Shown here: in pieces, positions 17,804 to 27,406 of the stretch
Layout: every line of letters starts with the position of its first letter
Numbering within the stretch: the first letter of the stretch is position 1
Assembly (NCBI GenBank): GCA_963740355.1
Contig: CAVUDW010000003.1
Coordinates: 2,304,001-2,368,000 of the forward strand
DNA: 64,000 nucleotides
From: an uncultured Gemmatimonadaceae bacterium
Lineage (GTDB): Bacteria; Gemmatimonadota; Gemmatimonadetes; Gemmatimonadales; Gemmatimonadaceae
Direction: 5' to 3'
Translations under genes and position numbers: made by a program
The notes under the pieces: generated by a model
What the model was told of the DNA's origin: nothing
Databases searched by the model: none
What the model saw: only the letters and a program-made list of their open reading frames with translations

Positions 17804-20245
17804 ATGCCGCTCGACCTTCGGTACGTCCTCCGTTCGCTGGCGCGCGCCAAGGTGTTCACGATCGCCGTCGTGCTCACACTGGGTCTCGGCATCGGCGCCA
17901 ACACCGCCATCTTCTCGGCGGTTCGAGGGGTCTTCCTCCGCCCGCTGCCGCACGCCGATGGCGATCGACTCATGTACCTGCGCCACCACACGGTGAATCA
18001 GGGACAGTCGAACGTCGCGTTCTCGGTGCCGGAGATCAACGACTTCCGCACGCAGTCGCGCACGATGCAGCAGATCGCGGAATACTCGCCGCTGACGCTG
18101 TCACTGATCGAGAAGACGGATGCCTCGCAGATCGACGTCGGACTCGTGACGGGCAACTACCTGAGCGTGATGGGCCTCAAGCCGATCTTGGGCCGCGGCT
18201 TCACAACGGGTGATGACGGTGCCGGGGCGGCGCCAGTCATTCTGCTCAGTAACGCATTCTGGCTGACGCATTTCAACGGCGATCCGAGCATCGTCGGAAA
18301 GACCATGCAGATCAGCAAGCGCGCCGTCGAGGTGATCGGCGTGCTCGAGCCGGCGCCGTTCTTTCCTGGCCGAATCGATGCGCTGATGAACATGTCGATC
18401 AGCGAACATCACGTCAGCGCAATGATGGTGCAGGGCCGGTCGCACCGGATGACGGAGATGATCGCGCGACTGACGCCCGGTGCGACGGTGGATCAGGCAC
18501 GCCAGGAGATCGGCATCATCACCCAGCGCAGGAACGCCCAGTATCCGGAATCGTACGAAAAGGCTGCGCAATACACGGTGGAACTGACGCCGTTCAAGGA
18601 AATCCTCGGGCGTGATGCGCGGCTCATGTTGTGGATGCTGATGGGTGTGGCGTCGCTCGTGCTGGTCATTGCCTGTGCCAATGTGGCGAACCTGACGCTG
18701 ATGCGCGGCGTGCGTCGCGAGCACGAGATGACCGTGCGCGCCGCCCTCGGCGCCGGCGCGTCGCGACTCCGTCGGTTGTTGATCGTCGAAAACCTGGTGC
18801 TCGCGGCTGGTGGAGCATTGCTTGGGCTGTTCGTCGCGTTCGCCGGTGTCGGCACGTTGTCATCCTTCGTCGCGCGGTTCTCGCCGCGCGCGAACGAAAT
18901 TCACGTCGACTGGATGGTGCTGGCGTTCACCGCGCTGCTTGCCGTGCTGATCGCGTTCCTGTTGTCCTTCGTCCCGCGCGTTGGCGCCGAGCACACACTC
19001 GGCGCGGGCCTTGCTGCCGGCAGCGTCAAGACCAGTGGCAGCGGTCGTCGCAAGCGACTGCAGCAGGCGCTCGTGATCACGCAAGTGGCGGTGTCGATGG
19101 TGCTGCTGTCCGGCGCGGGATTGCTGGTGCGCTCCATGCAGCGCCTCGCGGCGGTCGATCCGGGGCTCAACCCCAAGAACGTGCTGACGATGGAAGTACC
19201 GCCCGACTTCACGTCGGCCGACATCGGGCGCGCCGGCCAGCGGATGGAGGAGATGCAACGTGCACTGACGGCGCTGCCTGGTGTCGAGGTGGTGGGAATC
19301 GGGTCGACGGTGCCATTGCGCTCGAGCCAGATCCAGCTCGAGATCAAGGCCGAGTCGCGCACCATCGACAACGGTGCGACGCCGTCTGCGGAATATCGTA
19401 CGGCCGATCCTGGATACTTTCGCGCGGCGGGCATTCCGTTGCTCGCCGGTCGCGAATTCACGCCCGGTGATGCGGCGAAGTCCGGCAAGGTCGTGATCCT
19501 CAACAAGACACTCGCCGATCGACTCTTCGCGGATGTCGATCCGATCGGGCGTCGCGTGGCATGGACCGGTGAAGTACTGAGCTTCATCGGCATCCCGGAG
19601 AACGATTGGCGCACCGTGGTTGGTGTGATGCGCGACACGAAGGACGGCGGCCTCGATGCGAAGCCACTACCCGTCGCGTTCCTGCCGGTGGCGCAAGCCG
19701 ACTTCCCGCCCGGAGGACTCGTCATTCGCAGCACCGTCGATCCCACCGGGCTGACCAACGCAGCGCGCGCGATCGTGCGGTCGATCGCCCCGGATCAACC
19801 GATCAAGAACGTGTTGTCGCTTGAGGCCGTGCGCGACGAAAGCGTCGGCCCGAGACGGCTCAACGCATTGCTGCTGGGCGGATTCGCGCTCCTTGCCCTC
19901 GTCATCGCCGCAATCGGGATCGCCGCCGTCCTCGCGTTCAACGTGAGCGCGCGCACCAACGAGATCGGCATCCGGATGGCGCTTGGTGCGGCACCTGGGA
20001 TGGTGACGACGATGATCTTGAAGGAAGGCTTCCTGTTGGTGGGGCTCGGCCTGCTGGTCGGCGTTGCGAGTTCGCTCGCGTTGTCACGCACCATCGACAG
20101 CTTCCTGTTCGGCGTCGCCTCGCGCGATCCCGCCACGCTACTCATCGTCGCGTTGACGATGACCACGATCGGCTTGGTCGCCTGCTGGATGCCAGCGCGG
20201 CGGGCGAGCCGGATCGATCCGAGCGAGGCGTTGCGCGCGAGCTGA
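17804..20245 (+). CDS. MacB/FtsX-type duplicated ABC permease (ADOP-like)
   Basis: LGLGIGANTAIFS, LVIACANVANL, EIGIRMALGA and PARRASRIDP; no ATPase gene adjacent. Confidence 0.92.
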   Translation: MPLDLRYVLRSLARAKVFTIAVVLTLGLGIGANTAIFSAVRGVFLRPLPHADGDRLMYLRHHTVNQGQSNVAFSVPEINDFRTQSRTMQQIAEYSPLTLSLIEKTDASQIDVGLVTGNYLSVMGLKPILGRGFTTGDDGAGAAPVILLSNAFWLTHFNGDPSIVGKTMQISKRAVEVIGVLEPAPFFPGRIDALMNMSISEHHVSAMMVQGRSHRMTEMIARLTPGATVDQARQEIGIITQRRNAQYPESYEKAAQYTVELTPFKEILGRDARLMLWMLMGVASLVLVIACANVANLTLMRGVRREHEMTVRAALGAGASRLRRLLIVENLVLAAGGALLGLFVAFAGVGTLSSFVARFSPRANEIHVDWMVLAFTALLAVLIAFLLSFVPRVGAEHTLGAGLAAGSVKTSGSGRRKRLQQALVITQVAVSMVLLSGAGLLVRSMQRLAAVDPGLNPKNVLTMEVPPDFTSADIGRAGQRMEEMQRALTALPGVEVVGIGSTVPLRSSQIQLEIKAESRTIDNGATPSAEYRTADPGYFRAAGIPLLAGREFTPGDAAKSGKVVILNKTLADRLFADVDPIGRRVAWTGEVLSFIGIPENDWRTVVGVMRDTKDGGLDAKPLPVAFLPVAQADFPPGGLVIRSTVDPTGLTNAARAIVRSIAPDQPIKNVLSLEAVRDESVGPRRLNALLLGGFALLALVIAAIGIAAVLAFNVSARTNEIGIRMALGAAPGMVTTMILKEGFLLVGLGLLVGVASSLALSRTIDSFLFGVASRDPATLLIVALTMTTIGLVACWMPARRASRIDPSEALRAS

Positions 20246-20266
20246 CGGCGGCGGTAGCAGTTCTAC

Positions 20267-20363
20267 AATCCGGCGACAACAAATCCGGTGACAGTGCACT
20301 CAATTCGAAATCCGGTGACAGTGCACTCATTTTCAGCTAATGAGTGCACTGTCACCGGATTTC
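20267..20363. repeat. REP-like palindromic repeat cluster B (same family as A)
   Basis: Direct copies at 20281-20306 and 20307-20331; inverted copy at 20339-20363. Confidence 0.9.
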
Positions 20364-20366
20364 GTC

Positions 20367-20798
20367 TCACGCTACGCCCGTCTGCGCGATCGCATCCCGT
20401 ATCGCCGCCTTGAGCACATCGACATCGATGTCGCTCAGCGTCTTGAACTTGATGCAGTACCCCGTCACGCTCGCCTTGCCGAGTGTCTTGCCGTATGTGT
20501 CCGCCAGGTACTTCTTGTCCTTGAGACCCATGATGTACACGGAGACCCCGGTGGTATTGCCGCTGATACCAACCTGATAGAACTCCCGGCTGCTGCCATC
20601 GGCGTAGGTCATCATGAGATGTCCATAGCCGATGTTTGGATTGGCGACAGTGCGACCCTCGTCGTTCTTGCCGTCCAGAAACCACAATCGACAGCCTGGC
20701 ATCAATGCCTGGATGATGTCATGCAAGGCCTGAATGTCGCTACGCTTGCGTGCCGGCTGCGCGGCGATGTGGTCTGCGATCTGCTTCTTGACGTTCAT
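20367..20798 (-). CDS. DUF1801 (YdhG-like) protein
   Basis: NPNIGYG and LGKASVTGYCIKFKTLSDIDVDVL. Confidence 0.8.
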   Translation of the reverse strand: MNVKKQIADHIAAQPARKRSDIQALHDIIQALMPGCRLWFLDGKNDEGRTVANPNIGYGHLMMTYADGSSREFYQVGISGNTTGVSVYIMGLKDKKYLADTYGKTLGKASVTGYCIKFKTLSDIDVDVLKAAIRDAIAQTGVA

Positions 20799-20858
20799 GC
20801 CGCGCTCCAGTTGAAGTGGCGCATTTTCGCCGCGGCGAGATTCATGCACCCGCGAGGT

Positions 20859-21398
20859 TCAGCTCGTCTGCGGACTGGGTGGCACCGCCGCATGCAGAAA
20901 TCGGACGAACCCAATCTCGGCCGCATTTTTTGCGAGTTCGACATTCAACCACGCAACCACGTCGCCAAAGGGGCGATTCGTAAATGGCCATCGAGTCTGT
21001 GCGGCAGACGCCAAGTCCGCGTCCGTGAGCGTTTCGAGGTGATGCCGCCATCGCTCGTGGAGTTCGCCGATTCGCTGAGTGACCGCTTCAGCGCTGCCTG
21101 GCCACGGTATGTCATGACGGGTGAGCGTGCTCGGACCGTTGTTGTGCTCCACCACCATCGTCCACCAAAAACAGACATGCCAGGTGAGCCACGCAATGCT
21201 CGATGGGCCAAGTGAATAGCCTTCATGCTCCGGCCAGTCCGCCATCCACGTGCCGTCGGCGAGCTGATGGACATGCAATCCGCGCTCGGCGGGACGCCGG
21301 AGGCACTCAGCAGTGGACAAGCCGTCGAGATGATGCGCTAACAGTTTCCACGCCAGGTCAAACTGGCGAAGCAGATAGCCGCGCGCGTCCTCACTCAT
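20859..21398 (-). CDS. DinB family protein
   Basis: SIAWLTWHVCFWW and NVELAKNAAEIG. Confidence 0.8.
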   Translation of the reverse strand: MSEDARGYLLRQFDLAWKLLAHHLDGLSTAECLRRPAERGLHVHQLADGTWMADWPEHEGYSLGPSSIAWLTWHVCFWWTMVVEHNNGPSTLTRHDIPWPGSAEAVTQRIGELHERWRHHLETLTDADLASAAQTRWPFTNRPFGDVVAWLNVELAKNAAEIGFVRFLHAAVPPSPQTS

Positions 21399-21415
21399 CG
21401 GCGCGGCGTGCGAGC

Positions 21416-21883
21416 TCACGGAGTTGGTCCATGCGTATCCCCAACTGTGCGGATCGTCCACGCACCGTCGATTAGCACGACGCTAGCGCACGCAGGGCCC
21501 CCGTCACGCGCCATGCCATCTACGGCGCCGTCGAGGACGATAGGCGGCGTCACCCCCAGCAACGCGGCGATGTCGATGGTAGCGAGTGGCACCTTCGCCC
21601 GACGGTCCCAGCCCGACATCAAATCGCCGGCACGTTTTCCCGAGTTGACGTAGACGAAGCGAGCAGCGGGCGGCCCTTGTATCGCAGTTCCACGGAGCTG
21701 CAGCGTGCCGCGCTGATTCGGCCCGAGCGTCAACGGTACCTCGAACAGCAGGCGGTCGTGGTCGACATGCACCGGCGCCAGCAACGCATCGCGGCCGAGC
21801 TGCACCGCCCAACGCACGCCCGGCGGCGGCCGCACGATGCTGAGGCGGAGGGTGACGGGAATGTCAGTCTGCGGCGCGCTCAT
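21416..21883 (-). CDS. DUF5990-like hypothetical protein
   Basis: QGPPAARFVYVNSG, WDRRAKVPL and DGGPACASV. Confidence 0.75.
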   Translation of the reverse strand: MSAPQTDIPVTLRLSIVRPPPGVRWAVQLGRDALLAPVHVDHDRLLFEVPLTLGPNQRGTLQLRGTAIQGPPAARFVYVNSGKRAGDLMSGWDRRAKVPLATIDIAALLGVTPPIVLDGAVDGMARDGGPACASVVLIDGAWTIRTVGDTHGPTP

Positions 21884-22119
21884 GCGAGAACCCGACAGTC
21901 GCTGGCACAGGTCGCGCTCGGGAACATGATCTCGGTGATGCCCGGTGTGTTCGCCTTCATGGACTGTCGCCGATCTCCATGATGTTCGATGAGTACGGTC
22001 GCTCGAGATCAGCGGCAGCGGCGCTACGCAATCCACGCCGACACGCGACAAGGTACGCGCCGCGTTCTGCTGCAACAACTCGCGGGATCTCGGACGCCGA
22101 CGATGACGCGAGGCGCCAC

Positions 22120-22701
22120 TTAGCGATGCAGCGTTTCCCTTCGCTGCAGCATGGCGACGAACTCTGCGATCCGACGTGCGCGCGTCTCAGCTTTGACGGC
22201 GGCCTGAATCCGATACAGGATCGCATATCGGTTCGCGCCCTTCAGCGACTCGAAGAACACTCGCGCCTCCGGATGTGCATCGAGTGCCGCGTGCAGGTCG
22301 CTCGGCACACTCATCGTGCGCGCGGAGTCATAGGCGCGGTCCCAACGACCATCGCCCTTGGCGGCTTCCACGGCAGCACGTCCTGCAGCCTGCATCTCCC
22401 CCGCTGCAGTCAGACGCTCGACATGCTCGCGGTTCCGCTTCGACCAGGGGCTGCGCTTCTGTCGCGGCGTGAACTTCTGGAGGAAGGAATCCCCGTCGTA
22501 ACTCTTCTTCTGCCCATCGATCCAGCCGAAGCAGAGCGCGAGGTCGAGCGCTTCCGCATACGTGACGGATCGAAAGGGCGAGGCGGCCTTTGCGATCCGT
22601 AGCCAGAGCCCGGGCTCAGTGGCATGATGAACGCTGAGCCACGTGCGGAACGCGGTCGGATCAGCGAAGAGTACGATTGGGTAGTCGGTCGCCGGCGCCA
22701 C
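22120..22701 (-). CDS. YdeI/OmpD-associated family protein
   Basis: ALCFGWIDG, FTPRQKRSPWSKRN and GRWDRAY. Confidence 0.9.
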   Translation of the reverse strand: MAPATDYPIVLFADPTAFRTWLSVHHATEPGLWLRIAKAASPFRSVTYAEALDLALCFGWIDGQKKSYDGDSFLQKFTPRQKRSPWSKRNREHVERLTAAGEMQAAGRAAVEAAKGDGRWDRAYDSARTMSVPSDLHAALDAHPEARVFFESLKGANRYAILYRIQAAVKAETRARRIAEFVAMLQRRETLHR

Positions 22702-22741
22702 GGTCAGTCACGAAAGAGGTGAGTACGGCGCACGCCAGCCC

Positions 22742-23242
22742 TCAGAGCCTTCGCTCCCAACGCCAGACCGGACCATCGTCGGGATCGACCACGTCGCCCA
22801 CGTTCACAAAACCCACCTTTTCGAGGACGCGGGTCGACGCACTCGACTCCGGAAGAGTATGCGCGACGAGCAGCCCTGCGGCAGCAGGAGCGGATTTCGC
22901 CAGTTGCACCAAGCCAGCGGCCATCGCACTGGCGATGCCTCGACCTTCTTCGCCCGGAAACGTGAAGTAGGCCAGTTCCACCGCTCCAGACGCATCTGGC
23001 CCGCTCTTGAATCCACACGAGCCGACCACGCGGCGCGATCCGCCGTCGAGCGCGAGGTATCCGCCCCACGGTGTCGACACTGGATGCGCGACGAGCATCG
23101 CTGCGGTGGCGCCGGCGATTGCGATAGTCGTCGCCTCGTGCGGCGCCAACGTGATGGCGTGCTGCTGCGCACACGACGCGGGCTCACGTGCGAGATGATC
23201 GGCGGTGTCATGGTCCAACGCGAACAGGGTCAGTTGCAGCAT
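22742..23242 (-). CDS. GNAT (RimJ/RimL-like) acetyltransferase
   Basis: VELAYFTFPGEEGRGIA and ASTRVLEKVGF. Confidence 0.85.
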   Translation of the reverse strand: MLQLTLFALDHDTADHLAREPASCAQQHAITLAPHEATTIAIAGATAAMLVAHPVSTPWGGYLALDGGSRRVVGSCGFKSGPDASGAVELAYFTFPGEEGRGIASAMAAGLVQLAKSAPAAAGLLVAHTLPESSASTRVLEKVGFVNVGDVVDPDDGPVWRWERRL

Positions 23243-23321
23243 GCCTAAGCCTGCACCTCGTCATTACCATCCGCCAGCTCTCCCGACTCGCGCGAATCCC
23301 GATCGACGCGGGCGCCCGTCG

Positions 23322-23876
23322 TCAGCCGCGCTGGTAGTGCATGGCGACCACGCCATTACGAAGCGGCATCGACGAGACCAACTCGAGCCGTCGCGTGCTG
23401 GGGAGCCCCGTCTGATACAAGCTCGGGCCGTGACCGACGATCCTGGGGTGGACGAGGAACTGGTACTCGTCGATCAGGTCCAGACGATCCAGCTCGGTCG
23501 CGAGCGTGCCACTGCCGAGAAGCACGCCGGCGGGAGTTGCATCCTTGAGTTGCTGCACGTTCGCGCGCAGATCGCCGGCAATGTGGTGACTGTTCGCCCA
23601 GGGGAAGTCCGTGCGCGTCGACGATACGACGTACTTCGGCTTCGCATCCAGCTTGACCGCCCACTCGCGCATGCTCGGCGGCGCCGTGACGTCGCCGCGA
23701 GCGACGGCCGGCCAATGGACCTCCATCATCTCGTAGGTGACGCGGCCCCACAGCATCGCCCCGCATTCGTCCAAAAGGCGGGTGAAGAACGCGTGCGTCT
23801 CGTCGTCGGCGATCCCCTCCTGGTGGTCGACGCAGCCGTCCAGGGTGACGTTGAGGCTGAAGGTAAGAAGTCCCAT
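23322..23876 (-). CDS. Dihydrofolate reductase-like (RibD C-terminal) protein
   Basis: NVTLDGCVDH, LWGRVTYEMM and LIDEYQFLVHP; lies just past the last attC. Confidence 0.9.
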   Translation of the reverse strand: MGLLTFSLNVTLDGCVDHQEGIADDETHAFFTRLLDECGAMLWGRVTYEMMEVHWPAVARGDVTAPPSMREWAVKLDAKPKYVVSSTRTDFPWANSHHIAGDLRANVQQLKDATPAGVLLGSGTLATELDRLDLIDEYQFLVHPRIVGHGPSLYQTGLPSTRRLELVSSMPLRNGVVAMHYQRG

Positions 23877-23939
23877 CTCGGGCTCTCAGGGTTGGGCGTT
23901 CCGCTAGAGTCTCGCGTGTCGACGAGGTCTCGTCGCAGC

Positions 23940-24046
23940 GGCTGACGGAACAGGGTTCTGTGAAGATGCGGCGGTCGGGTTTCGATCCTGAAGTTGTCCT
24001 GCTCACAATCTCCGCGCCGCTGTGTCAGCAGCAACCAGGGTGAGGC
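23940..24046 (-). repeat. attC (degenerate, most distal)
   Basis: Family motifs cagggttctg, cctgctcacaat and tcagcagcaaccaggg retained; both cores mutated (GTCAGCC and GCCTCAC). Confidence 0.75.
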
Positions 24047-24097
24047 TGCAGTGCGACACCGAGCGCCGATTGACTGGCAGTCTTCGTGAATTCCGTT

Positions 24098-24327
24098 TTA
24101 GTCGCCGCGCTGCAAGTACTTCTCGAACACTCTCGACTCCGCTCTAGGCCCGCAGTGGTGAGCTCGACGGACTTCGCGCGACCGCGCGGATTGCAGATCA
24201 ATCCCTGCTGCTCGAGGAGTGCCAACACATCCCAGCTGTGCCCCTTCCATGCCCGATTCGTATCGTGCAACGTGAGATGTAGCAATGCAAGCACGAGTTC
24301 CGCCGCCTTCTCTTCGTCATACGACAC
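24098..24327 (-). pseudogene. DUF6429-like protein, frameshifted near the C-terminus
   Basis: VLALLHLTLHD...RAWKG.SWD...NPRGRAKSVELT; adding one base near 24130 restores LFEKYLQRGD*. Confidence 0.65.
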
Positions 24328-25011
24328 ACGGCCTCCGCGATTGACCTGCTGATCGAACGACGTTCCACGACACCACTTATGGAAATGTCATTCCGCTCGC
24401 GTTGCAAGCACAACTATTTGTACAGCGCTGAACTTCGGGCTGTCGGCTGGGTGGCAGAGCGCAAAGGCGACAGAGGCGAGGCGCTGTTCGCTCTCCGCGC
24501 TGAAACTCCGGGGAATGCAAGTCCAAGGCTCGATCAGGCCGCCGCCAAGGCTTGCTCCCGCGTGGAGGTGGGACGTCGCCGGACCATGCGCGCGCTACGA
24601 CGTAGCCGCGCCCGCTGAGGGTGACGATGCCCGCTACGGCGCGCGGAATCCCGTCGCACTCGAACGGCTGACCTACAACTATCCCGACTGCCGACATCGA
24701 CACCGGAATCGAGGACCTGCACCGCATGGCTCTCCTCAATTGTTCGTCGCGTAGATGCGTGCAGGCGCGACGGCGTCGGCGACACGTCGAACAATTCCCG
24801 CGGCGACATCGAGAGCCCGACATCAGCGAGGCAGTCAGACGACGTGGTCGATGGACTGCAGCTCGCGCGAACACGGACGAGGTGCGCCAGAGTGTGGTAC
24901 ACAGACTCAGGTCACGCATGACGGGTGTACACGCATTACGCTTCCGGGGACAGCGGAGCGGTTCCCGGCCCATCGGCCCGTCAATCCTCCGTCCACACGG
25001 AGGCACGTTCC

Positions 25012-25659
25012 ATGCGACGTTTCGTATCACTCCTCGCACTGTGCGCCTGCGTTCCAGCCGCGGCGCACGCTGGTGACCTGCAGCCCGGCCACGGGATTCT
25101 CGAGTCGATCGTCAGTGACGCCCCGGGTGCGTCGGGGTTCGCCTGGCTTCTGGACGACGGGATCGGCGCGTCGAGCGGCCGTCGCACCGGCATCGCGCCC
25201 GAATTCTGCTTGGGCGTCTGCACCTACAACTTCTCGAACAGCTTTGCGAACAGCCTGCTCGCAGGGACCACGAGTTCGGGTGAGTACACGGCGTTTGCAA
25301 GTTTCGTGTTCAGCGGCCCGTCAGTCGAAGCGCGTGCATGCCCGGTGGAATGCCAGCCCGGCGCGTTTGTCTACTCGGCCACCTGGGCAGACGTCCCGAT
25401 CACCATGACGGGCCAGGTGGACCTGGCCTCGAACGTCGATCCGCGCGTGATCCTTCGCTTCGTGATCGCCGGCTCAGGCATGGCACGGGCGCAGACGTTC
25501 CTGTACCCGAATCAGCCAGCCACCTTCAGCTACCGCCAGCTTCGCTACGATTTCAGGTACGACATCGTACCAGAACCACGGGCCATCATGCTCGTGCTCG
25601 TCGGCATGATGGTGCTCGGCGCGTGGCGACTGCGCGTACGCGTGCGCGCGGCCCAGTGA
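25012..25659 (+). CDS. PEP-CTERM sorting-domain protein (paralog 1)
   Basis: GGAGG RBS, AHA signal peptide, VPEPR + TM helix + basic tail. Confidence 0.85.
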   Translation: MRRFVSLLALCACVPAAAHAGDLQPGHGILESIVSDAPGASGFAWLLDDGIGASSGRRTGIAPEFCLGVCTYNFSNSFANSLLAGTTSSGEYTAFASFVFSGPSVEARACPVECQPGAFVYSATWADVPITMTGQVDLASNVDPRVILRFVIAGSGMARAQTFLYPNQPATFSYRQLRYDFRYDIVPEPRAIMLVLVGMMVLGAWRLRVRVRAAQ

Positions 25660-26040
25660 GTCGCTGCTCGCCCCTGACCGGTCGTGTCGGTGGGCGTAGT
25701 GAATACTGGGGCTCGGGCGATTATGTGGTCGCGTTCGCACTTCCCTGACGGTCGCGCCCGCACCCTGCCCCCGTCACGCCCTTTCCGGCTGTAGAACAGC
25801 AGCGGCCGACGTGCTGGCTGCCGCCTGTGTGCAAGGGAAATGCGCACACCCGTGTTTGGGCTGTCTGGAACTTCGTTCAGAGCCAACAACCTCGAGCGAT
25901 GAACGAATGCTCTAGTCGAGTGTGGTGACGCCACGCCATCGCGGGCAGACCGCATCGACATGCGCTACGCTTCAATGACCAACATGCTCGCACGCGCACC
26001 GCGAGCCATGGCGACCACTGTCCACAAGGAGATGCTCCGC

Positions 26041-26688
26041 ATGCGACGCGTCACCGCACTTCTCGCGATCTGCGCCATCCTTCCCGTGGCGGCACATGCC
26101 GGCGATTTTCAGCCTGGCCGCGGGTTTCTGGAGTCGCTTCGGGCTCCATTGCCTCGATACGCATGGTCGATTGCCGATGGGATCTCGTTCACCGACCGTT
26201 ACGGACCCGGCATCGCGCCCGGGGATTGTGTGGGTGTCTGTCCATACAATTTCTCGAATGACTTTTGGGGGGTCACCGAATCGGGTGACTATCAGGTCCA
26301 GGTATTTCTCCACTTCAGCGGGCCGACCGTCACGGCGATCACGAGGTGCGGCCCATACGGGTGTCCGCCCGATCACGTTTTCGGCTCCTACGCGAACGAC
26401 TGGGCGGACGTCCCGATCACGTTGACAGGGGAGGTGCACCTGATCTCGCGCATAGATCCCTTCGTCATCTTCCATTACCTCATTGCAGGATCCGGGACGG
26501 CTCGGGCGGAGACGCGTCAGTTCGCGGTGAATGAGGGCGAGTCCCATGACTACAACCTGCTCCGGTACGAATTCACGTACGACGTGGTGCCGGAGCCGCG
26601 TACCGCAGCGCTGTTCCTCTTCGGCACGATCGCGATCGGTGCCACCAGCCTGACACTGCGACGTCGGCGCGGCGCGGCGCGCGCCTGA
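26041..26688 (+). CDS. PEP-CTERM sorting-domain protein (paralog 2)
   Basis: AAGGAG RBS, AHA signal peptide, VPEPR + TM helix + RRRR; colinear with paralog 1. Confidence 0.85.
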   Translation: MRRVTALLAICAILPVAAHAGDFQPGRGFLESLRAPLPRYAWSIADGISFTDRYGPGIAPGDCVGVCPYNFSNDFWGVTESGDYQVQVFLHFSGPTVTAITRCGPYGCPPDHVFGSYANDWADVPITLTGEVHLISRIDPFVIFHYLIAGSGTARAETRQFAVNEGESHDYNLLRYEFTYDVVPEPRTAALFLFGTIAIGATSLTLRRRRGAARA

Positions 26689-27209
26689 TCGTGTTCGTGC
26701 GTGCGTCGCTCGCGCACCCTGACAGTGCACCGACAGATGTCGTCATTCCGCGGGCGCAGGCAGCCGCCTTGTTCACGCTGATCGGCACGTCGAACGGCTG
26801 ACCTACGACCGAGCCGCCACGGCGGTGACGTACCGGTCGGAGTGGCCGGCCTCGCAGGTTGCGAGCACCGCATCAAGATTGGCCACTCGCGACAGGTCTT
26901 TGTCGATTTTGACCGACATTGGGACTGGTGCGTAGTACGCATCACCACGACGCTGAATCGTGACACCCTTCGTGCACAAACTCGCTACCTTCCCGTCCTC
27001 AACGACGAGAATGCCTAGGTGGTCAAGGTCAAGCGTGAGCGCCTCGCAGTACCCAGCATTGAGGCGTAAAGCTCCTGCGCTAAGCGGCGCGACTCACCAG
27101 CGATCGCCGAGCGTATCAGCTGCGTGCTAGGAACGCGGCAACTCTGCGGGCGTCTGCAATCGGCGTTGACGGCGACCATTGCGCCATCTGGTGGACTTGG
27201 TTGATAGCT

Positions 27210-27305
27210 CGCTAACGAGACAGGGTTCTGCTGCAATGCGGCCACGAGATGGCCCGCCCGCTCACGATATCTCGATCGCATTGTCGGCAGCAACCGGCGT
27301 TAGGC
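27210..27305 (-). repeat. attC
   Basis: cgctaacgagacagggttctgctgc...gcagcaaccggcgttaggc, 96 bp. Confidence 0.9.
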
Positions 27306-27406
27306 GCGGAAGGGGTCATGCCCGCTTCGCCCGGTACCAGAGTAGAACAGCCGCATGAACAAGCGTTGCCAAATCACGTGCGCACTGAGCCCCATCACGC
27401 AGCACG

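Noticed and set aside
16581..20363. 27-bp repeats read as mini-CRISPR arrays
   Set aside because: The copies are adjacent or inverted, with no unique spacers of regular length.
11499..23876. Two DHFR-like genes as trimethoprim-resistance dfr genes
   Set aside because: They match the RibD C-terminal-like family rather than DfrA or DfrB.
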